A stretch of 64,000 nt of DNA from a virus (IMGVR_UViG_2922289487_000003:33731-97730); one strand, 5' to 3'; positions 19,347-29,585 are shown, counted from the first letter of the stretch. Notes: generated by a model from the sequence alone, not told the origin. Translations and numbers: made by a program.

Positions 19347-20222
19347 TTACAAATCTTTTTTCACTATCTCATACAGTGATGATGCCTTCGCTTTGTCAAC
19401 GAAACGCGTCAGGTCAACGTCGCTGTAGGTCGGAGATTTGAGTATTTTGCCATCTGAGAGGCGGAAACCAATCATCATGTCCGTACCTTCTGCATGGCGG
19501 AAGCCCAGATCCTCTTTGGCGTATTTGCAGTTTTCAACCGCGACACGACGCTCTTCAGCATCAGCGGGCCACAGTTTCGTCATGTTGGAACGATGGATTT
19601 CGGCCACCAGTTCGACGATGTCGATGCCGAGGAAATCAGCCAGACGGTAAGTCATCATGCACGCAACGTAGATCTTGTTCATCACACGACGCATGTCCTG
19701 AATCAGTTCAGAATCGCTTACCTTCTTCGTTTCCAGCTTGTCTGCCAGTGCATTCAGCATTTCTGCCGCTTCTCGCGCTTCCTCAAACGGGATAGCCATG
19801 TCCTGATATACGGTATTGCCCGGAACCATGATGGTATGGATGAAACGATCGACACTCTGCTCCTGAGTGTAATAGGTCATGCCTGTGGAAATACCACCTT
19901 TGATAGCCACCATTGTTCCAACGCCCACATACAGAAAGTCTGCCATCGCATCCAGCAGCGCAGTCATGTCGCCTTTCTCTGCTGCCGGTATACCCTCGGT
20001 AACAGCTTCTTCGTGGATTAACTTCGCACGCAGTCGCAATAATGCCGGTTCTGGCATGACGCGGCGCGGATGCTGGAACAGCGCATGGAACTGGTCAACC
20101 ATCATGTAAATGCTTTCTGTCGCCTGCCCATAACCTGGATTCAGTTCATACGGCTCCGGTTTGAAGCCAATCAGTTTGTCAGCAGCTAATTTCAGATGGT
20201 CGGTCAGTTTCGTAAATTTCAT
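19347..20222 (-). CDS. MazG-like nucleoside triphosphate pyrophosphohydrolase (tentative)
   Basis: LRAKLIHEEAVTEGI....GDMTALLDAMADFLYVGVGT fits the MazG EExxE...D..D pattern. Confidence 0.4.
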   Translation of the reverse strand: MKFTKLTDHLKLAADKLIGFKPEPYELNPGYGQATESIYMMVDQFHALFQHPRRVMPEPALLRLRAKLIHEEAVTEGIPAAEKGDMTALLDAMADFLYVGVGTMVAIKGGISTGMTYYTQEQSVDRFIHTIMVPGNTVYQDMAIPFEEAREAAEMLNALADKLETKKVSDSELIQDMRRVMNKIYVACMMTYRLADFLGIDIVELVAEIHRSNMTKLWPADAEERRVAVENCKYAKEDLGFRHAEGTDMMIGFRLSDGKILKSPTYSDVDLTRFVDKAKASSLYEIVKKDL

Positions 20223-20309
20223 TTCTTTGTTTTCCTTCGTACTTCATTTGATGCGTCAATTGTGACCCAGACGCACCAGGCCACAAAATCGTAATACTCG
20301 GCTCAAAGG

Positions 20310-21050
20310 TCAGCGAACAGATAACTCTGACAGCAGCCAGCATTTCATCCAGGCCATCGCATCCACTTCGATCTCGGGGAAGCCGGGTACTCGTCCCAGA
20401 TCCCGAATCGTCATGATTGACGCTGGCAGAGACAGCCTGAACGTACTGGTTAAGTCATAGAAAGCCTTGACCATCTCCATGCGGGTTTTGCCTGCGTTTC
20501 CGTTTTCCCAGCTCTGGAACAGACACATACCCGTCAGCATGAAGACGTGCTGCGGCCCCTCAATGGGAAGTGCGTTCACTCCATCGCGCACCAGATATTC
20601 GCCAAGAAGACGAACGGTCGCGGCATAATCGAACAGCTCATCGCGCTTAGGTTTGATGTAGATCCCCAGCTCTTCAATTTCCTCAATCTCATAGGATTTC
20701 AGCAGCCCGGCATCGTATGCGCCCTTGTCTATACCGTTCATGATCTGCCGATAAAACACCGGGTAGTCATACTGACCAAAAGCGTCTTTTCGTATCCCGG
20801 AAATGATCAGCCGTGCGGCAACGCGTGAGTAGTTCGGTGTAGCGGGAGTAGTCAGTGCAGCAGCTGCCTTCACCAGTGTCTCGTGCAACTGTCTGGTGGT
20901 CATTCCGTCGAAGATGGACGCAGCTGCGCCTGAAGACACGGCAGCAGCGCTGACGTTGCGGATATTCTCTACGCCGCGCATCAGAACGCGGTTAATTTTC
21001 TCTTCTGACAACGGCTCAATTGAGCCATTGCGTTTAACGATCCTTGTCAT
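20310..21050 (-). CDS. nrdA: N-terminal fragment of class I ribonucleotide reductase alpha subunit (ATP-cone plus N-terminal helical domain only; no catalytic barrel, no nrdB nearby)
   Basis: VKRNGSIEPLSEEKINRVL..., FGQYDYPVFYRQIMNGIDKGAYDAGLLKSYEIEEIEEL, FYDLTSTFRLSLPASIM align with E. coli NrdA residues about 5-225. The ORF stops about 20 aa later. Confidence 0.6.
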   Translation of the reverse strand: MTRIVKRNGSIEPLSEEKINRVLMRGVENIRNVSAAAVSSGAAASIFDGMTTRQLHETLVKAAAALTTPATPNYSRVAARLIISGIRKDAFGQYDYPVFYRQIMNGIDKGAYDAGLLKSYEIEEIEELGIYIKPKRDELFDYAATVRLLGEYLVRDGVNALPIEGPQHVFMLTGMCLFQSWENGNAGKTRMEMVKAFYDLTSTFRLSLPASIMTIRDLGRVPGFPEIEVDAMAWMKCWLLSELSVR

Positions 21051-21096
21051 ATCTTACCCATTAAAAAGGCCACTTTATCCGTGGTCTTATATTAGT

Positions 21097-21114
21097 AAAT
21101 AAGTAGTTACCTAT
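21097..21114. promoter_or_regulatory. motif B half-site instance (AAATAAGTAGTTACCTAT) about 47 bp upstream of the nrdA-fragment start
   Basis: Adjacent to a terminator-like hairpin for the RuvC-like gene. Confidence 0.35.
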
Positions 21115-21124
21115 CAATTCAGGC

Positions 21125-21694
21125 TTAAAGAATCCCGGAAAGGACGTCGCGAACCTGACGGAACTGATCAGTCTGCATACCGGTGTAAATCGATGCTATG
21201 GCGTCTGCAAGGTGTTCGTTCTTGTTGACGAGCACTTCCTTGCCAGCTTGCTTCCTGCGAAGCCATGGGGCATCTGGTTGCTTCTGTGTAGCCCACTGGA
21301 TGATCTCTTCCTTTGACGTAGTCAGTTTATTCCCGACGTAATGCTTTATCTCGTTTGGCGTGACCTGAATCAGTGGCTTATCGACGCAAGCCAGTACTCC
21401 GATACAAATCCCATATGACGTCTGAGCGCGACTTGATTGACTACCAACCGGCAACTCGCAGAACACCATATGCGCCTGATCGATGATGGGTTTCGCTGTT
21501 CGCCAGATTTCATTGGCGCGGCGCAGGTCGTCACTGTTAACACGAACCGTCTTTTTGTTACCACCTGCTTTGGTTTCCACGAGCGTCAGCCCATGAATGC
21601 TCAGCTTGTCGGTTTCCAGATCAAGTGTCCCCATAGCCAGGCCAAAGTTGCTCATTGAGGGGTCGACACCAACCACACGGATGATTTTACTCAT
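21125..21694 (-). CDS. RuvC-like Holliday junction resolvase
   Basis: IRVVGVDPSMSNFGLAMG (RuvC motif I) and HLADAIASIY (C-terminal catalytic region). Confidence 0.65.
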   Translation of the reverse strand: MSKIIRVVGVDPSMSNFGLAMGTLDLETDKLSIHGLTLVETKAGGNKKTVRVNSDDLRRANEIWRTAKPIIDQAHMVFCELPVGSQSSRAQTSYGICIGVLACVDKPLIQVTPNEIKHYVGNKLTTSKEEIIQWATQKQPDAPWLRRKQAGKEVLVNKNEHLADAIASIYTGMQTDQFRQVRDVLSGIL

Positions 21695-21704
21695 ACAGAT
21701 CTCC

Positions 21705-22451
21705 TTACCATGTTGCCCATATCGGGCATTCCATTAATTTCTCTTCCAGGCTCTTTGCATGGGCCTTGCCGGCAGGCTCTGGAATACGGCTTACCACGTG
21801 AATGCTATCGCTCGTCAGCACACCTGACTCAATATCTGCGTCCATCATGCTCTGGCCGATGAAGTTACACATAATGTCGATCAGCATACGTGAGGCTCTC
21901 GCGTTCACGCGGAACACGTGTGGCAGAGAAACCTCTATCACTGCGCTCTTACCATCGTCAGTATCGAAGCTCAGTTTGCCTCGATTTGAAAATTTCCCAT
22001 ACGCGTCGCAATCAAGGGTCATGCAGGAAAAGGCCTGGCCAGGCATGGCAACCTGGTCGGCCCGTGTATTCACTCTTCGAATCAGATTAGTGAACGCCAT
22101 GATGGTGTGCGCTGCCATTGCCCCGTAAAGCGCATCCTCTTTAATGTTCAGCTCACCGGTCTCCGGGATCACCACGAACCCCGCCCCGGAGTGAGGAAGA
22201 TAACCGCCTTCCGCAAATGGATTAATCAGAATTGGGGCTGTACTTCCTGACGGCATGGATTCCAGATTAGACATCCGCGGCGTCTCGGACAGCAGACTGG
22301 TCAGCACCACAAACTGCTCTGTCTCAATATTGCTGTTATACCAGGCAAGTCTGGGGGCAACGTCGGCGGCGGTGTAGCAGTTAATCAACCTGATGGACTG
22401 CATTACGGCGAACATCTGCAAGAACTGCGTGCGGCTCAGATTAAGCGACAT
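21705..22451 (-). CDS. hypothetical protein, overlaps the sbcC-like gene start by 11 nt
   Basis: ORF in the recombination/repair operon. Confidence 0.4.
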   Translation of the reverse strand: MSLNLSRTQFLQMFAVMQSIRLINCYTAADVAPRLAWYNSNIETEQFVVLTSLLSETPRMSNLESMPSGSTAPILINPFAEGGYLPHSGAGFVVIPETGELNIKEDALYGAMAAHTIMAFTNLIRRVNTRADQVAMPGQAFSCMTLDCDAYGKFSNRGKLSFDTDDGKSAVIEVSLPHVFRVNARASRMLIDIMCNFIGQSMMDADIESGVLTSDSIHVVSRIPEPAGKAHAKSLEEKLMECPIWATW

Positions 22452-24357
22452 AGCTACGCCCCTCTTTCACTTCGACAGTAATGATTTCCCGGAACCACGA
22501 CTTCATCTCCTTGTGGGAAATGATCATCACCGTGCCGCGCTCACGAGCCTTAGCTTCCAGAATCCCCATGAGCCGCTCCAGACCGGCAGTATCCAGCGCA
22601 TCGTCAATCTCATCACCGATAAACAACTCGATGCTCTTGCTGGCACGACTGGCGACCAGATCTTGCAACGCCAGCGAGCAAGCAATACGAACCTTTCGCT
22701 TCTCGCCACCAGACAACGTCTGGAAGGACTTACTGGAACCGGTTTTGCTCACACTGATATTGAACTTGTCGCGATATTCGCCTTTCTTGGTGGTTTCCAT
22801 CGTAGACCATTCGGCCACGATATTGCCGTCTGAAAGCGTGTTGAGATACTCCGCAGTTCTGATATTCAGGAACGGGGTGACAGAAGTCAGGATGTGAGAA
22901 CGGACACCGGCTGGTGAGTACACCTGGCGAGCTTTCTCCAACAGTAAAGCCTGCTCCTGCATATTCTTTAACTCTGTTTTTAATACTGCATAGTTAGATT
23001 TATTGGCAGCCAGGTTATCTTCGTGACGCTTAATAACGGCCAGAAATGGATTTACTTCTGCCACGATGCGATTCACGTCAGTACGCGCCCGCGCCACCAT
23101 CGCTTCGACGGCCACAACTTCACGTTCACGGTGGCGCAGCGCACTTAGTTCATTGGTCAGGCGTTCGATTCTGGCGATGATTTCTGAGACGTCAGGTGTG
23201 GCTGCGACCAGTGCAGTCTCGATGCCGATCGCTTTCTCAAGACGAGCTTTGTGTTGAGCCACTGCCGCAGCTGATGCCTGCGCCTGGCCGATCTCATTAC
23301 GCGCTTGCTCAATGAAACTCTCCTTCACGGTGGACAAATCTTCTTCGCAGTAGGGCTTTCCACACGTAACACAAGGTGCTCCGACTTTTGTGCTGACCTC
23401 TTCTGCTTTGGTTTTAAACGAGCGAGCGCGGTTCATCGACTCGTTCTGTGCCGCTTCTGAAGTACGGATGCTTGAGCGGATCTCCGTAATCGCACCGCGC
23501 ACCTTCAGCAGTTTGGCATCATGCTCTTCTTTGGAGGCCAGCTTCCCACGTTCACCGGCGATAGCGTTCTCCGTATCGCGGATTTGTTCAGGCAGCGTGC
23601 GGATTTCCATCACGACTTCAGACAGCGTTACCTCGGCGCCAGCCAAATCGACCCGGGCTTTGTCCAGACGTGCGCCGCGATCGCGCTCCCAGCTCTCAGA
23701 GGACGCTTTGGCCGCCTCAATCTCAGACTTTGCGGTCTCGATAAGCGTGACACAGGCGTCCATTTTGGATTTAGTAACATCCATGCGTGCGGCAGCTGCA
23801 TTAGCACGCTCACGAGCAATGGCATAGGCACGCGTTAACCGGTCGACGCCAGCGGCTTCCTCCACGATGGTTTTGAGGTTCTTGTCTGACATGCCTGGAA
23901 GATCTGGCATCGCTTCCTGACTGGCATAGATAGACGCCATGAAGACTTCTTTTGAGGCACCAATCAGGCGCTCAACGAACTCCTGCGTCAGTGTGTCTTT
24001 TCCTTTGGTCATGTCGCCGTCTTCACCACGGACAATGAGCCGGTTCTTGAACTCTTTATGTTTGCGATGGCGAATGATCGCGTATTTCTTGCCTTCGTCT
24101 TCTACTGTCACCATCACCCGGCAGTTCTTCTCGTGGCCTGTAGACAGCACATCATCACCTTTGACGCCATGTGCAGTCTCACCATACAGACACCACATTA
24201 AGCTGTTCATCAGTGTGGATTTCCCAGCACCATTGCTGGCGGCAGACGTGTCACCACTGTTCACCCCCTGGATCAGCACCAGACCACGCTGGTCTAACTC
24301 AACCTCGGCACTGGCAAGCGCCATGAAGTTCTCGACCTGTAGTTTTAAAAATTTCAT
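22441..24357 (-). CDS. sbcC: SbcC/Rad50-like ATPase (phage gp46-like recombination nuclease subunit)
   Basis: N-terminal Walker A GVNSGDTSAASNGAGKSTLMNSL, long coiled coil, CxxC hook (CVTCGKPYC), signature LSGGEKRKVRIACSLAL, Walker B LFIGDEIDDALD. Confidence 0.8.
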   Translation of the reverse strand: MKFLKLQVENFMALASAEVELDQRGLVLIQGVNSGDTSAASNGAGKSTLMNSLMWCLYGETAHGVKGDDVLSTGHEKNCRVMVTVEDEGKKYAIIRHRKHKEFKNRLIVRGEDGDMTKGKDTLTQEFVERLIGASKEVFMASIYASQEAMPDLPGMSDKNLKTIVEEAAGVDRLTRAYAIARERANAAAARMDVTKSKMDACVTLIETAKSEIEAAKASSESWERDRGARLDKARVDLAGAEVTLSEVVMEIRTLPEQIRDTENAIAGERGKLASKEEHDAKLLKVRGAITEIRSSIRTSEAAQNESMNRARSFKTKAEEVSTKVGAPCVTCGKPYCEEDLSTVKESFIEQARNEIGQAQASAAAVAQHKARLEKAIGIETALVAATPDVSEIIARIERLTNELSALRHREREVVAVEAMVARARTDVNRIVAEVNPFLAVIKRHEDNLAANKSNYAVLKTELKNMQEQALLLEKARQVYSPAGVRSHILTSVTPFLNIRTAEYLNTLSDGNIVAEWSTMETTKKGEYRDKFNISVSKTGSSKSFQTLSGGEKRKVRIACSLALQDLVASRASKSIELFIGDEIDDALDTAGLERLMGILEAKARERGTVMIISHKEMKSWFREIITVEVKEGRSYVA

Positions 24358-24587
24358 ACAACGACCTTCATTCTGTCAGTGCAATGTCTGACCTTCTTTC
24401 AATCTGAACTCTGTGTGGGCGGGGAAAGATCTACGTTGAAGAATTCCTTTCTTCGACAGACTTCCAAGATAAAACGCCACACGATTTCCTTTTGGTGGGT
24501 AAGGCTTCTGGAACATCACCGTCTGGCCACTTTCAAGTTTTCTCATCATCTCGATGAAGTCCCAAAGGCCACCAGATTGATCCCAAT

Positions 24588-25673
24588 TCACACTGCCTCC
24601 GCGCTCTCCGCTTCGGTCAGGATTTCCTGGCACAACATGTCCAGCCGTGCGAGGTCAAAACCGCCATCCGTGTCGTGGACGATTTTGCAGTACGCCGCCA
24701 CAGACTCGCCCAGACTGTCAATCTTGCTGGTTTCGGCAGTACTGGCTGAGCCTTCCATCATCGAGGCTTTGCGGATGAAGTTGCAGACAACACCTTTTGC
24801 GCCCATCGTTTTCAGGACGTTCTGGAGTTTGATGCCTTCTTCATCGCTCCCGACGACAGCACGAAAGCGCACGTAGTTGCCGCGGATCTGGTCGTCGTCG
24901 ACATCATCTTCCAGGTTCACGAACCTGGGCGCAGAGGTTTCGTGGTGGGTGAATGTGCCGTCAGGATTCACGATCATGAAACCCGCCAGCGAACCCACAT
25001 CGCCCCAATTCTGGTGAGTCAGTGCGCCAATGCTTACCACGCCCGGCAGCACTTCTTTATGGTTGTGATAATGCCCGGACAGTAACAGGCGAAATCCGAT
25101 GTCTTTCAGTTCCTGCGCATCGATTCCCACATCCGGCATGGTGGGGATTGCCTTGTTGATGGAGGTATGAACAACCACGTCATGCTTGTCGCCTTCCAGT
25201 CCGGAACGCAGTGCTTTTAGATCGCTAATCAGCTCGGCGTGGTTGTTACGCCAGCTCACCAGATGGACAGTGACATCGCCCGCCTTGATTGCATGAGGAC
25301 GCTTACCACAGACGATTTCCACGCCAATAGATCGCAGTGACGCCGCTGCATTGGCGCTGTAGACAGAGTCATTCGTTTCGAGGTCGTGGTTGCCCGCGAG
25401 CATCGCCACCTTGAGGCCCAGTTCGTCGATAATCCATTCATAGGTTTCAGTGACAAAGTGCAGGACTGAAGGGGATACAGCACCACGAACGTGGAAAGTG
25501 TCGCCAGCCACCAGCATGTACTGGCATCCCGCAGCTTTCATGGTTCTGGCAGCTTCTTTGGTCGCTTCCAGTTGGATCTCCAGTCTGGAGTTCAGCCCGT
25601 CAGCGTTAGTTGTCGCAAAAGCATCCCAGCGATGATAATGGGGATCAGCAATCACCCCGTATGGAACAGTCAT
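24588..25673 (-). CDS. sbcD: SbcD/Mre11-like metallophosphoesterase nuclease (gp47-like)
   Basis: VIADPHYH, VAGDTFH, LAGNHDLE motifs. The ATG at 25671-25673 with a GGAA Shine-Dalgarno is preferred over the track start at 25772. Confidence 0.8.
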   Translation of the reverse strand: MTVPYGVIADPHYHRWDAFATTNADGLNSRLEIQLEATKEAARTMKAAGCQYMLVAGDTFHVRGAVSPSVLHFVTETYEWIIDELGLKVAMLAGNHDLETNDSVYSANAAASLRSIGVEIVCGKRPHAIKAGDVTVHLVSWRNNHAELISDLKALRSGLEGDKHDVVVHTSINKAIPTMPDVGIDAQELKDIGFRLLLSGHYHNHKEVLPGVVSIGALTHQNWGDVGSLAGFMIVNPDGTFTHHETSAPRFVNLEDDVDDDQIRGNYVRFRAVVGSDEEGIKLQNVLKTMGAKGVVCNFIRKASMMEGSASTAETSKIDSLGESVAAYCKIVHDTDGGFDLARLDMLCQEILTEAESAEAV

Positions 25674-25788
25674 GTGTCTTTTCCTTTGTGGTTGTTTTGA
25701 TACAGATATTAAGCGTGCTGTAGAGGCGAACAACTCTGACAACACGGCACAACAGGAAGAGTTCAGGCACATGATTATGACAAATAAT

Positions 25789-25808
25789 ATAAGTAATTAC
25801 ATACCTAT
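25789..25808. promoter_or_regulatory. motif B instance (ATAAGTAATTACATACCTAT) upstream of sbcD
   Basis: Quasi-palindrome. Confidence 0.4.
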
Positions 25809-25842
25809 TTTTAATGGTGAAAAGCGTTCCGGACGGGTGGGT

Positions 25843-26337
25843 TTACTGAGGGTCTCGGTACAACAGCTGCGTACCTGAAGGGGATGTGTCGATAAGTCTG
25901 AATCCACGCCGTTTCAGCATATCTGCCATTCTGGTGGATTTGTGATAACACTTTGCCATGATTGCGTGAGAAGGGTTTGATTCCAGCATCTCTGTGACAA
26001 CCTTAGAACCGTAGCCTTTACCCTGTAGCTCTCTGATAATGCTCACGGCGCGAAGTTCCAGACAGGGGGCGCCTGACGGATCTAATGCGGCACACAGCCA
26101 GATGATGCCAGCTCTTGTGTCGTCAGAATCGCGCATCACAATGTAGATGAAATGTCCGGAGTACTTGCCTTCTTGGTTAGTTCTGATGGCTTCGCGGATC
26201 TGCTTTTCGAACACCTTGTTGCTTTTTGAGGACAAAAACTCTCTGGAGAAGTGGCCTCTGCGAGCGCCGTCCTCAAATTCAGCCATAAGAAATGGGATAT
26301 CCGCGAGGGTTGCGTACTCTGTGTAAAATTCACTCAT
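25843..26337 (-). CDS. GNAT-family N-acetyltransferase
   Basis: RELQGKGYGSKVV matches the acetyl-CoA binding motif A (Q/RxxGxG/A). Confidence 0.55.
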   Translation of the reverse strand: MSEFYTEYATLADIPFLMAEFEDGARRGHFSREFLSSKSNKVFEKQIREAIRTNQEGKYSGHFIYIVMRDSDDTRAGIIWLCAALDPSGAPCLELRAVSIIRELQGKGYGSKVVTEMLESNPSHAIMAKCYHKSTRMADMLKRRGFRLIDTSPSGTQLLYRDPQ

Positions 26338-26412
26338 GCATAATTCCATTTGGCTCTCAGCGTCCCTCTACGCTACGCCATTTTAACCACGAGTAAAACC
26401 ACAAGTTTTTCT

Positions 26413-27057
26413 TTAAATCGCGTCTGAGGGCTTCTGACGTGCTTTCCTGATATCGACCACCCCTGCTTTTGGGCGCGGATCTACCAAATTCAGCTCTTCT
26501 TCACTGTGATACTCCGTATCGAACTCCCGGCTGACCTGACCAATGTAGATAGCTGTCAGCAGGCTATCTTCATTCAGGAAGTGGCCGTAGGATTTGCGGA
26601 TCACTTCGCTAACTTTCTCGATCTTCTCGCCGCCCATACAGAGATGGTTGAAACGACTGTGTTTGCGCAGCATCTCATCAACCGGGCCAGAGTATACCTT
26701 TTCGACTTTACCAAAGCGGATGATCTTCCCGGTATCGGCCTCAACCAGACATACCAGTTTACTTGGGGAGAGTCTGTCACGCCAGGTTACGCCAGAACGC
26801 AGCGTGTTGAAGTAGGGAGCGTCCAATCCGATGATCGGTTTACGAAATGCAAGGAGCGGCACATACCTGATGCAACTGTTCAGGTGGAAATGAGCACCTG
26901 CTTCATGAAGTTTGAGACGAGCATCATTAATCGGGCATTTCGATGCAATCCCACAGAGTTCGCAGAGAAGTTTCTGCTTGTTAAGGGTACTGTTTGACTC
27001 AATGGTGTAGGAACCATCCTCAAGACGTCGTACCCAGCGCGTGCGTTTTAGATCCAT
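26413..27057 (-). CDS. hypothetical protein with Cys/His cluster (CELCG...C....HFHLNSC)
   Basis: ORF immediately upstream of the replicon region. Confidence 0.4.
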   Translation of the reverse strand: MDLKRTRWVRRLEDGSYTIESNSTLNKQKLLCELCGIASKCPINDARLKLHEAGAHFHLNSCIRYVPLLAFRKPIIGLDAPYFNTLRSGVTWRDRLSPSKLVCLVEADTGKIIRFGKVEKVYSGPVDEMLRKHSRFNHLCMGGEKIEKVSEVIRKSYGHFLNEDSLLTAIYIGQVSREFDTEYHSEEELNLVDPRPKAGVVDIRKARQKPSDAI

Positions 27058-27158
27058 AAGCTATGTACAGGTTGTTTTTGTCGGAGACGAAGATAACGTA
27101 CCAGGCACACTGATGAATGCAAATGCCTGTTTTACTTATCCCCATTATTCACTGTTTC

Positions 27159-27208
27159 GATCCAATAATTCGATCCCAAATAGATCACAGCAAGATCCAA
27201 TACAGATC
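27159..27208. promoter_or_regulatory. cluster of five GATC (Dam) sites in 50 bp: origin-type methylation-sensitive element, copy 1
   Basis: GATC at 27159, 27172, 27183, 27194, 27205. Confidence 0.55.
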
Positions 27209-27249
27209 CCCGCACCCTCCAAGCCCTTGTGCCGTCTGGCTTAGAAGGT

Positions 27250-27365
27250 GATCACTATCCACTATAGACAGTCAAACAACCTCTGTAGAGAGCAAAATAA
27301 CCGCTATGAACAGCAAAGTAACCTCGCTGGAGAGCGGTTGATAACCACTATAGAGAGTAGAGACT
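27250..27365. repeat. iteron array, copy 1 (A[A/T]CCACTATAGAGAG-like repeats)
   Basis: ATCCACTATAGACAG, ACCGCTATGAACAG, AACCACTATAGAGAG. Confidence 0.55.
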
Positions 27366-27520
27366 GCTCTGGTCTTTGGATAACTGTTCTACCTGAATTT
27401 TTCACAACCATCTGATGTCTATGACGATATTGGCGCATACACAAAAGAAGGCCGAAAACAGCCCACCAACTATCCCCAAACTTACCCAGAACGCTCTGTG
27501 TGCAAGTCCCTGTTATTTAT

Positions 27521-27570
27521 CAACAGCCCCGATCCAGTAATTCAGATCCCAAAGAGAACCTTCAAGATCA
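27521..27570. promoter_or_regulatory. second GATC cluster (four sites); tandem duplicate of the 27159-27208 element
   Basis: GATC at 27521, 27535, 27556, 27567. Flanking sequence (cgcaccc..caa.gcc.ttg) also duplicated. Confidence 0.5.
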
Positions 27571-27617
27571 AAAAGAGATCCCCGCACCCCGCAAAGCCTT
27601 GCTGCATAAGCCTTTAG

Positions 27618-27733
27618 AGATGATCGTTATCCACTGTAGAGAGTGAGGCAACCACTATGGGGAGCAGAAAAACCGCTGTAGGCAGTATATCAACCACTAT
27701 GATGAGTGCTACTATCCACTATGACCAGCTAAG
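27618..27733. repeat. iteron array, copy 2, directly upstream of repA
   Basis: ATCCACTGTAGAGAG, AACCACTATGGGGAG, ACCGCTGTAGGCAG, AACCACTATGATGAG, ATCCACTATGACCAG. Confidence 0.6.
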
Positions 27734-28810
27734 GTGATGATCCGCCGTCGCGCAGAAGAGACAACTGGAATGAGTGAAAACGACAATAAAAACATAGCGA
27801 TAATTGAGGCTTTCTCCGAAACCGATAAAAAGACCGGGGAAGTTGTTACGTTAGTTCCTAACACCAACAACACTGTCCAGCCTGTCGCTCTGATGCGTTT
27901 AGGACTATTCGTTCCAACATTGAAATCCACTGCGAGGGGCAGAAAGGGACAAATGGTGTCGATGGACGCCACCGAAGAACTGAAGCAACTGTCGCTGGCC
28001 AAAGCTGAAGGCTATGAGGATATCCGCATCTCAGGTCTCAGGCTGGACATGGATAATGATTTTAAGACGTGGGTAGGGATTATCCATGCCTTCGCCAAGC
28101 ACAAGGTCGTAGGCGACACTGTCACGTTGCCATTCGTTGAGTTCGTCCGACTGTGCGGTATTCCTACCGCCAGGTCTTCCGCAAAGCTGCGTAAGCGACT
28201 GGACAGCTCACTCAGCCGTATCGCCACGAACACCATTTCTTTTCGTAGCAAAGGTTCAGAAGAGTTTTACGTAACGCACCTGGTACAGACGGCAAAGTAC
28301 AGTACCAAGAACGACACGGTAGAGCTGAAGGCTGACCCGAAGATTTTCGAACTCTACCAGTTCGACAAGAAGGTACTGCTACAACTGCGAGCCATCAACG
28401 AACTCTCAAGAAAAGAGTCGGCCCAGGCGCTCTACACGTTCATCGAGAGTTTGCCACCTGATCCGGCACCGATATCACTCGCACGTTTGCGTGCCAGACT
28501 TAATCTCACCAGCCGTACCATTACCCAGAATGCGACAGTCAGGAAGGCAATGGATCAGCTCAAAGAGATTGGTTATCTCGATTTCACCGAAGTGAAGCGC
28601 GGAAGCTCTGTGTATTTTATTATCCACTATAGACATCCGAAATTACGCCCGGCCCAGATACCGACCAACGCAGGTGTCGATGAGTCGGATGATGATATCC
28701 CAGATGACGTAGTGGAAGGACAGCAGGATGAGCAGGGGGAAATGGTAATGTTGAGCAAGGAAGAACTGGCGATCCTCGAAGAGCTGCGCAAGGCCAAATC
28801 GAAAAAGTGA
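27734..28810 (+). CDS. repA: plasmid-type replication initiator (RepA-like) with acidic C-terminal tail; start may be the internal Met at 27770
   Basis: Gene is bracketed by iteron arrays on both sides (P1/F-type replicon architecture). The family call is by architecture, not by motif recognition. Confidence 0.55.
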   Translation: MMIRRRAEETTGMSENDNKNIAIIEAFSETDKKTGEVVTLVPNTNNTVQPVALMRLGLFVPTLKSTARGRKGQMVSMDATEELKQLSLAKAEGYEDIRISGLRLDMDNDFKTWVGIIHAFAKHKVVGDTVTLPFVEFVRLCGIPTARSSAKLRKRLDSSLSRIATNTISFRSKGSEEFYVTHLVQTAKYSTKNDTVELKADPKIFELYQFDKKVLLQLRAINELSRKESAQALYTFIESLPPDPAPISLARLRARLNLTSRTITQNATVRKAMDQLKEIGYLDFTEVKRGSSVYFIIHYRHPKLRPAQIPTNAGVDESDDDIPDDVVEGQQDEQGEMVMLSKEELAILEELRKAKSKK

Positions 28811-28811
28811 T

Positions 28812-29375
28812 GTAACCACTGTAGAGAGTAAAAGGCTCACTATCCACTGTAGTGAGCCTTTTGTGTTTCTGGGGTTTGGGCAACCACTATGGAGAGTGAA
28901 AACCAAACCTGCTATCCACTGTAGTCAGTAGGAAGCTTATTATTTTTCTCGTGTTAGTGATTACTAACCATGATGTTCAGGGGACTGCGAGGTTAGTGGT
29001 CACTGGGTGTGCGCCATTTATTGCTCACTATAGTGGTTGTTAGTGATAGCCTGTCCACTATGGTGAGTGGTTATCTGAAGAAACACCCAGGCAACCACTG
29101 TGGAGAGTAGATAACCACTATAGAGAGGGAATGTTTACTCTCTATAGTGGTTGCTCGATGGCAAGGCACGTCCTGTCACTCCCTACAGTGGATGACCGCG
29201 GGAAACAATTACTCTCCACTCACTACAGTGGTTAATGAAATGCGTGTGAAAGCAGGGGCTACTCTCCATAGTGGATAGCCACTATGGATTGAGTCATTCC
29301 GGAAGTGTTCTGCTCGCCATAGTGGTTGGAACGTCACTGCGGTGCTGTTTACTCACCGCAGTGGATATCGAATCA
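28812..29375. repeat. downstream iteron array (at least 14 copies, both orientations; incA-like copy-control locus)
   Basis: AACCACTGTAGAGAG, ATCCACTGTAGTGAG, AACCACTATGGAGAG, ATCCACTGTAGTCAG, and inverted copies CTCTCTATAGTGGTT, CCCTACAGTGGAT, CGCCATAGTGGTT. Confidence 0.6.
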
Positions 29376-29585
29376 GACGATCTTCTTCAACAATCCCCAG
29401 AGTGTCTGGGCCTTCGTGGTGAGCTTGTTTGTTTCCGGATCGTACATGCGCCATTCATGTCGCTGGTGGACGATGTAACCGTCCTCACGTTCCAGTCGTT
29501 CTGAGTAGCCGGGTTGTCTGAAACCTTTCGCACGCCAGTAGCCGCTCGTTTTTTCGATTTCAAGACCTGCCAATGTTACAGCCAT
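29373..29585 (-). CDS. hypothetical protein
   Basis: Short ORF. Stop/start overlap with the next gene at 29585. Confidence 0.3.
   Translation of the reverse strand: MAVTLAGLEIEKTSGYWRAKGFRQPGYSERLEREDGYIVHQRHEWRMYDPETNKLTTKAQTLWGLLKKIV

Noticed and set aside
24376-24633. 85-aa ORF between sbcC and sbcD as an extra gene
   Set aside because: Overlaps the sbcD 3' end in another frame. Only the last roughly 55 codons are free of overlap and lack a convincing Shine-Dalgarno. Left unannotated.
27250-29375. Possible CRISPR array suggested by many short repeats
   Set aside because: Repeats are about 15-19 bp, irregularly spaced, present in both orientations, and flank a RepA-like gene. No uniform spacers and no cas genes. 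The layout is that of plasmid iterons.
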